Shown: in pieces, positions 55,992-64,000 of the stretch
How positions within the stretch are numbered: position 1 is the first letter of the stretch
Layout: each line of letters begins with the position of its first letter
Virus record (IMG/VR): IMGVR_UViG_3300030330_002454
Length of the DNA stretch: 64,000 bases
Source: an uncultured virus (IMG/VR IMGVR_UViG_3300030330_002454)
Lineage: Duplodnaviria > Heunggongvirae > Uroviricota > Caudoviricetes
Reading direction: 5' to 3' (one strand)
The notes under the pieces: model-generated
The model's input: only the letters and a program-made list of their open reading frames with translations
Databases searched by the model: none
What the model was told of the DNA's origin: nothing
Made by a program: the position numbers and the translations under genes

Positions 55992-55997
55992 TATCTT

Positions 55998-56333
55998 ATG
56001 AAAAAACTATTTGTTTTATTTTGTATTTGCACTAGCGCCTTAGCTCAAGACTTTCCTGATGGAATGGTTGCTGTTGAGTTTAACGCTAGTTTTAATAAAT
56101 CTAATGAGGTAGCCTGGCTGACAAAACTATCAGACTGTGAAACACAAAGAGTTGATATAACAGCAGATGCAAGATGGTCTAAAGAATACAAAATAGTAGT
56201 TGTACCTACTATTGTAATATTTAACAATAACGAAGAAGTAAAAAGATTTCAAGCAAATATAATGATGACTATGGAGGCCACTAAAAAAGATGTGCAAGAC
56301 TCTATAGATGAAATTGTAATGGAAGCATTTTAA
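55998..56333 (+). CDS. secreted thioredoxin-fold protein lacking CxxC
   Basis: Signal peptide ...ALA/Q; VEFNASFN replaces the WCxxC region; YKIVVVPTIVIFNNNEEVKRF cis-Pro region. Confidence 0.65.
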   Translation: MKKLFVLFCICTSALAQDFPDGMVAVEFNASFNKSNEVAWLTKLSDCETQRVDITADARWSKEYKIVVVPTIVIFNNNEEVKRFQANIMMTMEATKKDVQDSIDEIVMEAF

Positions 56334-56342
56334 ATTTAATAT

Positions 56343-56813
56343 ATGAGACTAAGTAAGAATTTTGTATTATCAGAGATTACTCGAAGTAATACAGCAAGAA
56401 GAAAAGGAATAAGTAATGAACCAGAAAAGAAACATCTGGCTAGTCTGCAGACTATCATTACAGAGCTTATTCAGCCTATGCGGGATGCTATCGGTCCTAT
56501 CCGTATTAGCAGTGGTTATCGCAGCCCGAAACTTAATCGTGCTATCGGAGGAAGTAGCCGCTCGCAACATTGTAAAGGTGAAGCACTGGATCTGCAGTTT
56601 TGGAAAGACGGAGAAATGAATAATAAAATCATTTATGATTGGATACTAGACTCAGGTTTGGAGTTTGATCAGATGATAAATGAATTTAATTTTGCATGGA
56701 TACATATATCATTTAGTTCAGGCAAAAACAGAAAGCAAGTACTAGAAGCTTATAAAAACGATCAAGGTAAAACAGCTTATAGACATGCAAGTGATAATAT
56801 AAAAGCACTTTAA
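56343..56813 (+). CDS. peptidase M15A endolysin
   Basis: LSKNFVLSE, SSGYRS..LN..IGG...SQHCKGEALD and WIHIS motifs. Confidence 0.9.
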   Translation: MRLSKNFVLSEITRSNTARRKGISNEPEKKHLASLQTIITELIQPMRDAIGPIRISSGYRSPKLNRAIGGSSRSQHCKGEALDLQFWKDGEMNNKIIYDWILDSGLEFDQMINEFNFAWIHISFSSGKNRKQVLEAYKNDQGKTAYRHASDNIKAL

Positions 56814-57199
56814 TGAGTAAGTTATTAAGTTTTTTAGGTGGCAACACTATTGAGAAGATTGGAGACGTAGTAGATAAACTAAGTACGTCAGATGAAGAGC
56901 GCATGGAAGCAAAGCGTATGATGAAACAAATTTTATTAGACGCAGAAGCTAAAGGGCAAGAACAAGTAACACGTCGTTGGGAGGCTGATATGAAGTCTGA
57001 CAACTGGCTTAGTAAAAATATTAGACCATTGATTTGTATCTTTTTAACAGCAATGTTCATAATTATTTCTATATTTGATGGGAATTTAGGAGAATTTGTT
57101 ATATCTCCAGCCTATATTCCTATCTACCAGACACTATTAATTACCGTGTACGGTGCTTATTTTGCTGGAAGGAGTATAGAAAAAATTAGAAAAAAATGA
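56813..57199 (+). CDS. holin (GTA-type 3TM-like family)
   Basis: RWEADMKSD.WLSKNIRP, TM helices and AYFAGRSIEK; coupled to the endolysin. Confidence 0.8.
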   Translation: MSKLLSFLGGNTIEKIGDVVDKLSTSDEERMEAKRMMKQILLDAEAKGQEQVTRRWEADMKSDNWLSKNIRPLICIFLTAMFIIISIFDGNLGEFVISPAYIPIYQTLLITVYGAYFAGRSIEKIRKK

Positions 57200-58359
57200 T
57201 ACAACAGTTAGACCGAGAAGGAAACGTTATCGATGAATTCTCTAGTATCTATGAAGCAAGTAATGCATTAGGTATAGACCAAAGCAATATAGCAAAGGTT
57301 GTTAGAGGAGTCAGAAAATACGCAGGAGGGTATGGATGGAAAGACAGTAATGATAATGTAAACGAAACACAAAATATAGGGGATATAGATCCTTTATATA
57401 TACCCGAACTGGATTTACATCTAAAAGAGAGGGGAATAAAAAAACAAGATGTTAAGTCAGTTAAACACTGGCAAGCTGCTAACGGAGATTATAGATTTTC
57501 TGTAGTAACAAAAGAAAATGGATTTGATCTTAAGCAGTTTAAAAAAGAGTTCTTTGAAGAAATGAAACAGTATATCCCAGAGGTTGCAGTTCCTAACTAC
57601 AATCTTAAACAGGGATCTCCTGTAGCCTACGAAATATCTTTACCTGATTTTCATTACGGTAAGATAGGGGCTATATCTCAAGAGGATAATAATTTAGATT
57701 TTATGAACACTGTAAAAGAGTTACATAAAAAAGCTGAAGGATTAAACATAGAAAGATTTATATTACCTATTGGTAATGACGGTCTTAACTCTGAAGGATA
57801 TAGTAGAGCTACTACTAAAGGTACACCACAGCATGATGCTGAAGAATGGCAGCAAACCTTTAGAGGTTATTGGAAGTTACTGGTTAAAGCAATAGATTAT
57901 CTATCTGCGTTTGCACCTGTAGATGTTATAGTAGTGCAAGGTAACCATGACTTTGAACGTATGTTTTATATAGGAGAAGTAATAGAAGCTTGGTACAGAA
58001 ATTATAAACCAGTGACAGTATACAATAGTTATGAGTCAAGAAAGTATTACAAATACGGAAACAATATGCTTATGTTTACACATGGGGATAAAGAGAAGCC
58101 AGCAGACATGCCCCTTCTTATGGCAACCGAAATGCCAACAATGTTTGCAGAATGCGAACACAGAGAAGTGCACTGCGGGCACCAACATAGAGAAATTGTT
58201 AATACCTACCAAGGAGTAAAAGTTAGATTCCTTCCAAGTATTGCAACACATGATGCCTGGCATAAAATGATGGGGTATCATAGTAAACGAGAAGCACAAG
58301 CTTATATATGGAATAAAGAGAAAGGATGTGAAGGATATTTACAAGTAAATTTAAAATAA
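57196..58359 (+). CDS. calcineurin-like metallophosphoesterase with N-terminal NUMOD1 domain
   Basis: DFHYG, GND, GNHD, THGD and GHQH motifs; N-terminus QLDREGNVIDEFSSIYEA...AGGYGWK. Confidence 0.8.
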   Translation: MIQQLDREGNVIDEFSSIYEASNALGIDQSNIAKVVRGVRKYAGGYGWKDSNDNVNETQNIGDIDPLYIPELDLHLKERGIKKQDVKSVKHWQAANGDYRFSVVTKENGFDLKQFKKEFFEEMKQYIPEVAVPNYNLKQGSPVAYEISLPDFHYGKIGAISQEDNNLDFMNTVKELHKKAEGLNIERFILPIGNDGLNSEGYSRATTKGTPQHDAEEWQQTFRGYWKLLVKAIDYLSAFAPVDVIVVQGNHDFERMFYIGEVIEAWYRNYKPVTVYNSYESRKYYKYGNNMLMFTHGDKEKPADMPLLMATEMPTMFAECEHREVHCGHQHREIVNTYQGVKVRFLPSIATHDAWHKMMGYHSKREAQAYIWNKEKGCEGYLQVNLK

Positions 58360-59055
58360 ATGGCAACAATAAAAGAATTAGTATACGACATAAAAAACAT
58401 TGTCAGAGGCGGAATGCAATCTGATGATGAAATTATATCAGATCGTCAGGTTGAGTTTCAAATTAATACTTTGAGAGCTCAATACATACGACAAGATTTA
58501 AACAAGCGTCGTAGTATATCTGAAAATATTAAACAGGTAATACATTGTTTAGACTTAGAAAGAGTGTCTAGCAATACGTGCGGACTACCTAGCGATGTAA
58601 AAGTTCTTAGGTCTATTAAACAAATTCCTAACGCTATAGAAACTTCTCATCAAGATTTAATTACTCATGTAGGGCCTACAGGTGTGTTGTCTGTAGGGTT
58701 TCATTTAATTCCTTACAATAGAGCTCCTTGGGCGGGTAATAATAGATATACTAAAAAAATGACTTTTGCATTTATACTAGATAATTTTGTTTATGTATTT
58801 GGTCCAGAGTCTGAGTATTTAGAAAAAGTAAAAGTAGAAGGGGTATTTCAAGATCCTAGAAAGATTTCTGAGTTTATAGATTCGCACGGTCATCTTTCTT
58901 ATGATCCTGATAAAGATGAGTATCCTTTATCTACATCAATGGCTGATCTTATAAAACAACAAATGCTAGCTGTTAATATGCAGCCTTTTATACAAAGCTT
59001 TACAGATCAGACAAATAATAGTAAATCAGATCCGCAACCTAATACTCCTAAATAA
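58360..59055 (+). CDS. crAss-like tail ring protein
   Basis: SDD..ISDRQV, RAQYIRQ, GVFQDP and YPL motifs. Confidence 0.65.
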   Translation: MATIKELVYDIKNIVRGGMQSDDEIISDRQVEFQINTLRAQYIRQDLNKRRSISENIKQVIHCLDLERVSSNTCGLPSDVKVLRSIKQIPNAIETSHQDLITHVGPTGVLSVGFHLIPYNRAPWAGNNRYTKKMTFAFILDNFVYVFGPESEYLEKVKVEGVFQDPRKISEFIDSHGHLSYDPDKDEYPLSTSMADLIKQQMLAVNMQPFIQSFTDQTNNSKSDPQPNTPK

Positions 59056-59519
59056 TGTTTAAAAATTCTAAAAGAGGAGAAGGTAACTATAAAAAAGATT
59101 ATGGATCTAATGACGTATATAAAAAATATAAAGAAGATGTAATACCTGAATTACAAGTAGACAAAAAACTTTTTAGAAAAATATGTGACGATTTTAATAG
59201 AATGTTAATAGAAGAAATTCTATTAAACTCAGAAGAAGTTAGGCTTCCTTATAGGCTGGGAACAGTTAGAATAAAAAAGTCTAAAATGAAATATGATGAT
59301 AAGAATAAATTGAAGATTGATTGGGCAGCTAGCCGTAAACTAGGTAAGAGAATTTATCATCTAAATGATCATACTGGAGGATATAAGTACAGGTTTTATT
59401 GGACTAAAGGAATAATTAAAAATATAACAGCATATTCTTTTATACCAACAAGAACTAATACAAGAACCCTTGCAGGTATATTAAAAGATAAAAATAGAGA
59501 ACTAGATTATTTTATGTAA
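59055..59519 (+). CDS. HU/IHF-like protein of the crAss tail module
   Basis: LPYRLGTVRIKK, IDW..S, HLNDHT and YSFIPTR motifs. Confidence 0.75.
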   Translation: MFKNSKRGEGNYKKDYGSNDVYKKYKEDVIPELQVDKKLFRKICDDFNRMLIEEILLNSEEVRLPYRLGTVRIKKSKMKYDDKNKLKIDWAASRKLGKRIYHLNDHTGGYKYRFYWTKGIIKNITAYSFIPTRTNTRTLAGILKDKNRELDYFM

Positions 59520-59521
59520 TT

Positions 59522-59887
59522 ATGGCAAAAAAACTAAAAACAAAAGTATTCGCACCCGAAGGATTCCATTTTATGATAAAAAAGAATGGTAATTTTTATT
59601 TACAAATAAAAGACTATGCTCCTCATACATTAACTAATGGGGATAAATCAAGTCCTTACGTTATGATGGAGTATACAACTACGCATCCTGCCCCTAAAGT
59701 AGGAGAGCCAGGTTCTGCTGCAAACAGAACTGTAGGACCTACTGTAAGAACTACAACAGGCACAGTTACTAATACATCAGGAAGATCTACTACAACATCG
59801 ACATCAACATCAATGCCTACAAGATCTACATCTGGTGGATCTAGTGGTGGATCTGGTGGCGGTGGCTCATATGGAGGAGGATATTAA
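59522..59887 (+). CDS. hypothetical protein with Thr/Ser/Gly-rich tail
   Basis: VFAPEGFHFM N-domain; low-complexity C-tail ending GGGY. Confidence 0.55.
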   Translation: MAKKLKTKVFAPEGFHFMIKKNGNFYLQIKDYAPHTLTNGDKSSPYVMMEYTTTHPAPKVGEPGSAANRTVGPTVRTTTGTVTNTSGRSTTTSTSTSMPTRSTSGGSSGGSGGGGSYGGGY

Positions 59888-59889
59888 TT

Positions 59890-60222
59890 ATGGGTTGCGG
59901 ATGTTCTAAAATGAAAAAAGGCGGTAAGGTTAGAAAAGAAAAGGCTATAAGAAAAACTACAAAAGGCAAAGGAGCTAACTATCGATCTACTAAATCTGGT
60001 GCAGGTATGACTGCTAAAGGTGTGCGTGCTTACAGAAAAGCTAATCCTGGTAGTAAACTTAAAACTGCTGTAACAGGTAAAGTTAAAAAAGGCAGTAAGG
60101 CTGCTAAACGTAGAAAATCTTATTGCGCTAGATCTTTAGGACAGCTAAAGAGAAGTAGTGCAAAAACTAGAAATAATCCTAACTCAAGAATTCGTCAAGC
60201 AAGAAGACGTTGGAAATGTTAG
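59890..60222 (+). CDS. small basic phage protein
   Basis: GMTAKGV..YR..NPGSKLKTAV...RRKSYCARS...RRWKC. Confidence 0.65.
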   Translation: MGCGCSKMKKGGKVRKEKAIRKTTKGKGANYRSTKSGAGMTAKGVRAYRKANPGSKLKTAVTGKVKKGSKAAKRRKSYCARSLGQLKRSSAKTRNNPNSRIRQARRRWKC

Positions 60223-60223
60223 T

Positions 60224-62119
60224 ATGGCAATAGGAGATAAAATAATATCGTTCTGGAAACAGGTAAAGATTAAGTCTTCTGACATGTTTACTTTATTTAA
60301 AGTAGGTGTCGGAATAAAAATTCCTACGCACAAACTACATGTTAAAGATAAGACTGACCCTATGAAGCTAGAAGGTGTACAAAGTGATACATCTAGCTCT
60401 ACTAAATTTCTTGTCCTAGATGGTAGTGATGTTATTAAACACACTACAGGATCAGGTAAAACTACAGAGGAGGTTCAAGATATAGTTGGAGCTATGTTTA
60501 CAGGTAATACTGAAACAGGTATTGCAGCTACATATGAAGACAGTGATGGAACTATAGATTTAGTTGTAAGCGGCCCAACAGATTTACATAGTGCGGGCGT
60601 TGACGGAGCAGCTAACCAATTGCTTACTGATGATGGTGACGGAACAGTTACATCTGAATCTGAACTTACCTATGATAATTCAAGCGAGATTTTACAAATA
60701 GGAAGTAATACTTTTAATACGGTAAGTATAATAAGGCAAGCTCACACTGATGATATTGGAGGTAAGATAGATATAGAAGGTGGAGACTCAGGCGGAACAA
60801 ATAAAGCAGGAGGAGATGTAAGAATTTACGGTGGAAAAGGTACAGGTAATGCTGCAGGAGGTGCTATAGAATTTTATGTTAGTACAGCTGGGTCTTCTGG
60901 AGATACTTCTCATTTAGTGCAAGCTGTAGACATGACAATAACAGATGGACAAGTAGCTGTTAATGGTAACATAACTGTTACAGGCACTGTAGATGGTATT
61001 GATATAGCTACAGATGTTGCAGCTAATACAGCTAAAACATCATTCCCTGGATTTGGTACATCAGGTGGAACAGCTCTTGAAGGTAATACTACTATACCTG
61101 TAGATTTAACAACAGATGGAACAGGAACTATACACGCAAATAATGTACCTACATTAAACCAAGACACTACAGGTAACGCAGCAACAGCCACAAACTTAAC
61201 AACAGGTGATAAAACTTTAGCTGGCATTATTACTTCAAAAGGATATATAGTTGATGGCGATAGAAATGGAAGTGGAAATGGTGTTGCAATACATGTTGAT
61301 GCTATGGATATAACTGACAGTACCACATCTGCGTCTGGAACAGCCTTGACATACAACCACGTGTCGTTTGAAAACCCTAGAGTGTTTGCTACAAATTCAA
61401 ATGTAACAACTACCACAGCTTCTACAGTGTTTATAAAAGGAGCACCTGTAGCGAGTACAAATCAAACTTTTACTAATAGCTTTGCTCTTTTTATAGGTGG
61501 TGGAAATAGTTATTTTGCAGGAGATATAATTGTAGCAGGTAATGATATAAAAGATTCAGGTGGTAGCGCAGCAATTACATTTGATGGTAGTGCAAATACT
61601 ACTGTTACGGGTAATTTAAATGTTACAGGAACTACCACGGGAAAACAATATCAAGTATTTCCAACTAACTTTATAGATGATATTGGTACTTCTGAGGTTT
61701 TTCTACCTATACATGGAACAACATTTGAGCAATCTTTAGTTTACCAAGATGATGTAGCTTTAGTGGCTCCATGTGATGGTAGAGTAGTATCTGTTACTCT
61801 TAGCATAATGAGTGTAACAGGTACTTCTGACGTTAATGTTAGGGTTTATAGTAGAGCCCCAGATAACTCAGGTACAAGTTTAGCTAATTGGACTTTAGAA
61901 GAAACTGAAGAAGTAAATATAACTTCTACTGATGACAGCCACGTTGTACATTTTGGTTTTAGTAATGCTAAACATTTTGAAAGTACAGAAAAATTTGCAA
62001 TATCAATACAAGCAGACTCAGATATAATGGGTAACACTTTTATATATGCAACAACAGTAATAGAATGGGATTATAGCACTTTGTTAGGAGCAAGTGCAAA
62101 ATATGATTCAGTACCTTAA
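60224..62119 (+). CDS. tail fibre/spike-like protein
   Basis: Start MAIGDK; EEVQDIVGAM, GGKGTGNAAGG, ITVTGTVDGIDIA and LNQDTTGNAATAT fibre-type segments. Confidence 0.7.
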   Translation: MAIGDKIISFWKQVKIKSSDMFTLFKVGVGIKIPTHKLHVKDKTDPMKLEGVQSDTSSSTKFLVLDGSDVIKHTTGSGKTTEEVQDIVGAMFTGNTETGIAATYEDSDGTIDLVVSGPTDLHSAGVDGAANQLLTDDGDGTVTSESELTYDNSSEILQIGSNTFNTVSIIRQAHTDDIGGKIDIEGGDSGGTNKAGGDVRIYGGKGTGNAAGGAIEFYVSTAGSSGDTSHLVQAVDMTITDGQVAVNGNITVTGTVDGIDIATDVAANTAKTSFPGFGTSGGTALEGNTTIPVDLTTDGTGTIHANNVPTLNQDTTGNAATATNLTTGDKTLAGIITSKGYIVDGDRNGSGNGVAIHVDAMDITDSTTSASGTALTYNHVSFENPRVFATNSNVTTTTASTVFIKGAPVASTNQTFTNSFALFIGGGNSYFAGDIIVAGNDIKDSGGSAAITFDGSANTTVTGNLNVTGTTTGKQYQVFPTNFIDDIGTSEVFLPIHGTTFEQSLVYQDDVALVAPCDGRVVSVTLSIMSVTGTSDVNVRVYSRAPDNSGTSLANWTLEETEEVNITSTDDSHVVHFGFSNAKHFESTEKFAISIQADSDIMGNTFIYATTVIEWDYSTLLGASAKYDSVP

Positions 62120-62130
62120 AATAATATAAC

Positions 62131-63045
62131 ATGGCACTAAACGGAAAATATATATCACTAAAAGCAATCATGGAGCAAGTATATGCTGATAACGGTTATC
62201 AGTTTGAGCTACCATGGATAGACTGTATGCAATGGGCAGAAGAAGCTCTTAATTTAATAGGGCACCCAAGGCAATATATAAGAAAAGTGACAGGACATAA
62301 AGATAATCCTGATTTAGACATAAAAGATTATAGAGCTCACTTGCCCTGTGACTTTTATCAATTAGAGCAAGTTGCTGTTAATGGTATGGCAGCTGAATAC
62401 TCAGGTGATACGTTTCATCATTTGCTTGCAGGAGATTGCTGCGGTATAACTGATGACTCTACATCTTCTTTATACTATAGCAATGATCACACTATAACTC
62501 GCAACTGGGGTACAAATGTTCTAACTTTTGATGAAGAGACACAATCTTATTCTTACCAAGCAAGAGACTTGATGGATATGGAAAATTTAAATTTACAGTC
62601 AGATGGTACTCAAGAATTTTTATTAAGTGATGGTATGCAAGAAGGTAGACGTATAACATTTGATTTAAATAATAATCATATAACACTATCTGTAAAAGAA
62701 GGAAAAGTTTGTATTGCATATTTAGCAATACCTACAGATGATGAAGGTTTACCTCTTATACCAGATGATACAAGCTATCAGTTAGCTATAAAAAAATATC
62801 TTACAATGAAGATAGATTATATAGCTTGGAGAAAAGGAGAACTTCGCTCTGATATATTCCAACACTCAGAACAAGAATGGCAATGGTATGTAGGACAAGC
62901 TGGTAATAAAGCTAAAATGCCTAATATAGATCAAATGGAAGGTATTAAAAATCAAGTAATGAGATTACTTCCTAATATAAATGCACACGAAACGTTTTTT
63001 ACTTCACAGTTAGCTCCAGAAATAAGAAAAAACTTTAATAGATAA
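62131..63045 (+). CDS. tail tubular/ring protein
   Basis: LPCDF, YLAIPTDDEGLPLIPD and WQWYVGQA; conserved position before the stabilisation protein. Confidence 0.7.
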   Translation: MALNGKYISLKAIMEQVYADNGYQFELPWIDCMQWAEEALNLIGHPRQYIRKVTGHKDNPDLDIKDYRAHLPCDFYQLEQVAVNGMAAEYSGDTFHHLLAGDCCGITDDSTSSLYYSNDHTITRNWGTNVLTFDEETQSYSYQARDLMDMENLNLQSDGTQEFLLSDGMQEGRRITFDLNNNHITLSVKEGKVCIAYLAIPTDDEGLPLIPDDTSYQLAIKKYLTMKIDYIAWRKGELRSDIFQHSEQEWQWYVGQAGNKAKMPNIDQMEGIKNQVMRLLPNINAHETFFTSQLAPEIRKNFNR

Positions 63046-64000
63046 TGAGAGATCAGAGTGTAAATAGTTTTAGTAAAGGACTAGCTAAAGATGTTAGTCC
63101 AACAGTTCCTCAAGAAGGGTTATATACAGATGCAAAAAATATAAGAATTGTGTCAGACGGAGATAGCGGTGCGTCAGCTATTATTTCTAGTGTAGATGGT
63201 AATAGAAAAAGAGTACAATTATTTTATAGTCAAACGTACACAACTTATTCTCCTAGTGGAGAAATTTATGAAGAATTTTTTAATAATGAACAAATTGCTG
63301 AACCAGTTACTGTTATAGGTTATACATACTTTAACTCCCCAAAATCACAAATTGCAGTTACTTTTGGAGTATCTACTAAAGAAACTACTATAGCAGGTGC
63401 GTCACAAAAATACGATACTAGTGTAATACATATTGTTAACTTAAAAACTTTTGAAGTATCTCTTTTACTTGAAAATGAAGATTTTAATTTTAAAAGAAAT
63501 AAACCTATAGAAGCTGTTTGTAGGTACGAAAATGAAAATATACAAAGAGTTTATTGGACAGATAATTTAAATCCTGTAAGAGTTATAAATATTGCAGCAG
63601 AGTATTTTCCTGACGATGTAAATTTTTATAGTTTAACTCGTGATGTGTCTTTTACTAAATTAGATATTAATAATGTTACAATTGGAGGTGAGCTAGAAGC
63701 AGGTGTTTATCAATATTGTTATAGATTAAAAAGTTTGGAGGGTACTGTAACAAGATTTTCTCAACCATCTAATTTTGTACATGTAGTAAGTGGAAATAGA
63801 TACTGGAATTATGAGGAAGATCCTGAAAACCAATCAGAATATAACGGAAGAAATGTAGGAGAACCTACAAACAAAAAAGTTGAAATAACTTTTAATTCTG
63901 TTGATAATATTCTTATTGGAGAGACTGAGTCAGAAAAGTATGATTTAATAGAACTAGTAGCTATATATAGAACAGCTTCAACAGGATATACTACTATAGC
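63045..64000 (+). CDS. tail stabilisation/muzzle protein (P22 gp10-like), partial
   Basis: Manual translation MRDQSVNSFSKGLAKD...YTDAKNIR...YENENIQRVYWTDNLNPVRVINI...GGELEAGVYQYCYRL; runs off the window. Confidence 0.8.
   Translation, partial: MRDQSVNSFSKGLAKDVSPTVPQEGLYTDAKNIRIVSDGDSGASAIISSVDGNRKRVQLFYSQTYTTYSPSGEIYEEFFNNEQIAEPVTVIGYTYFNSPKSQIAVTFGVSTKETTIAGASQKYDTSVIHIVNLKTFEVSLLLENEDFNFKRNKPIEAVCRYENENIQRVYWTDNLNPVRVINIAAEYFPDDVNFYSLTRDVSFTKLDINNVTIGGELEAGVYQYCYRLKSLEGTVTRFSQPSNFVHVVSGNRYWNYEEDPENQSEYNGRNVGEPTNKKVEITFNSVDNILIGETESEKYDLIELVAIYRTASTGYTTI

Noticed and set aside
16565..64000. Stop-codon reassignment (TAG or TGA), as in some crAss-like phages
   Set aside because: Genes are full length in the standard code, and TAG ends terminase (21031), scaffold (26730) and 28244-29101 at sensible positions.

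Overview
This AT-rich window is most of a crAss-like (Crassvirales-type) dsDNA phage genome, in the standard genetic code, probably infecting an aquatic Bacteroidota host. The host inference rests on TAnnTTTG promoters, A-rich starts without a Shine-Dalgarno site, a T9SS sorting domain and Q-rule signal peptides. Two arms diverge at about 16.1-16.3 kb. The minus-strand arm (1-16.1 kb) encodes replication, recombination and early functions: rIIA-like GHKL ATPase, PD-(D/E)XK exonuclease, RusA-like resolvase, primase, SSB-like protein, Sak4-like AAA ATPase, DnaB-like helicase, initiator-like protein, DUF932, a spore photoproduct lyase-like radical SAM enzyme, SF2 helicase, family A DNA polymerase and many small ORFs. 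Its intergenic spacers are rich in hairpins, including a tRNA-like minihelix. The plus-strand arm (16.5-64 kb) is the late module: nuclease, HU/IHF, Zn finger, GroES, terminase, four tandem beta-rich paralogues, portal, scaffold-like protein, major capsid protein, crAss-type structural genes, an 18 kb block of very large metzincin-like and Cys-repeat proteins, small basic proteins, endolysin, holins and tail genes. The most striking element is a coupled four-gene envelope cassette (52195-56333): a T9SS cargo protein, a beta-barrel, a membrane-anchored coiled coil and a thioredoxin-fold protein lacking CxxC. The cargo's GCTDP Cys repeat also occurs in the giant structural-region proteins. All calls come from motif recognition by eye; no searches or folding programs were run.
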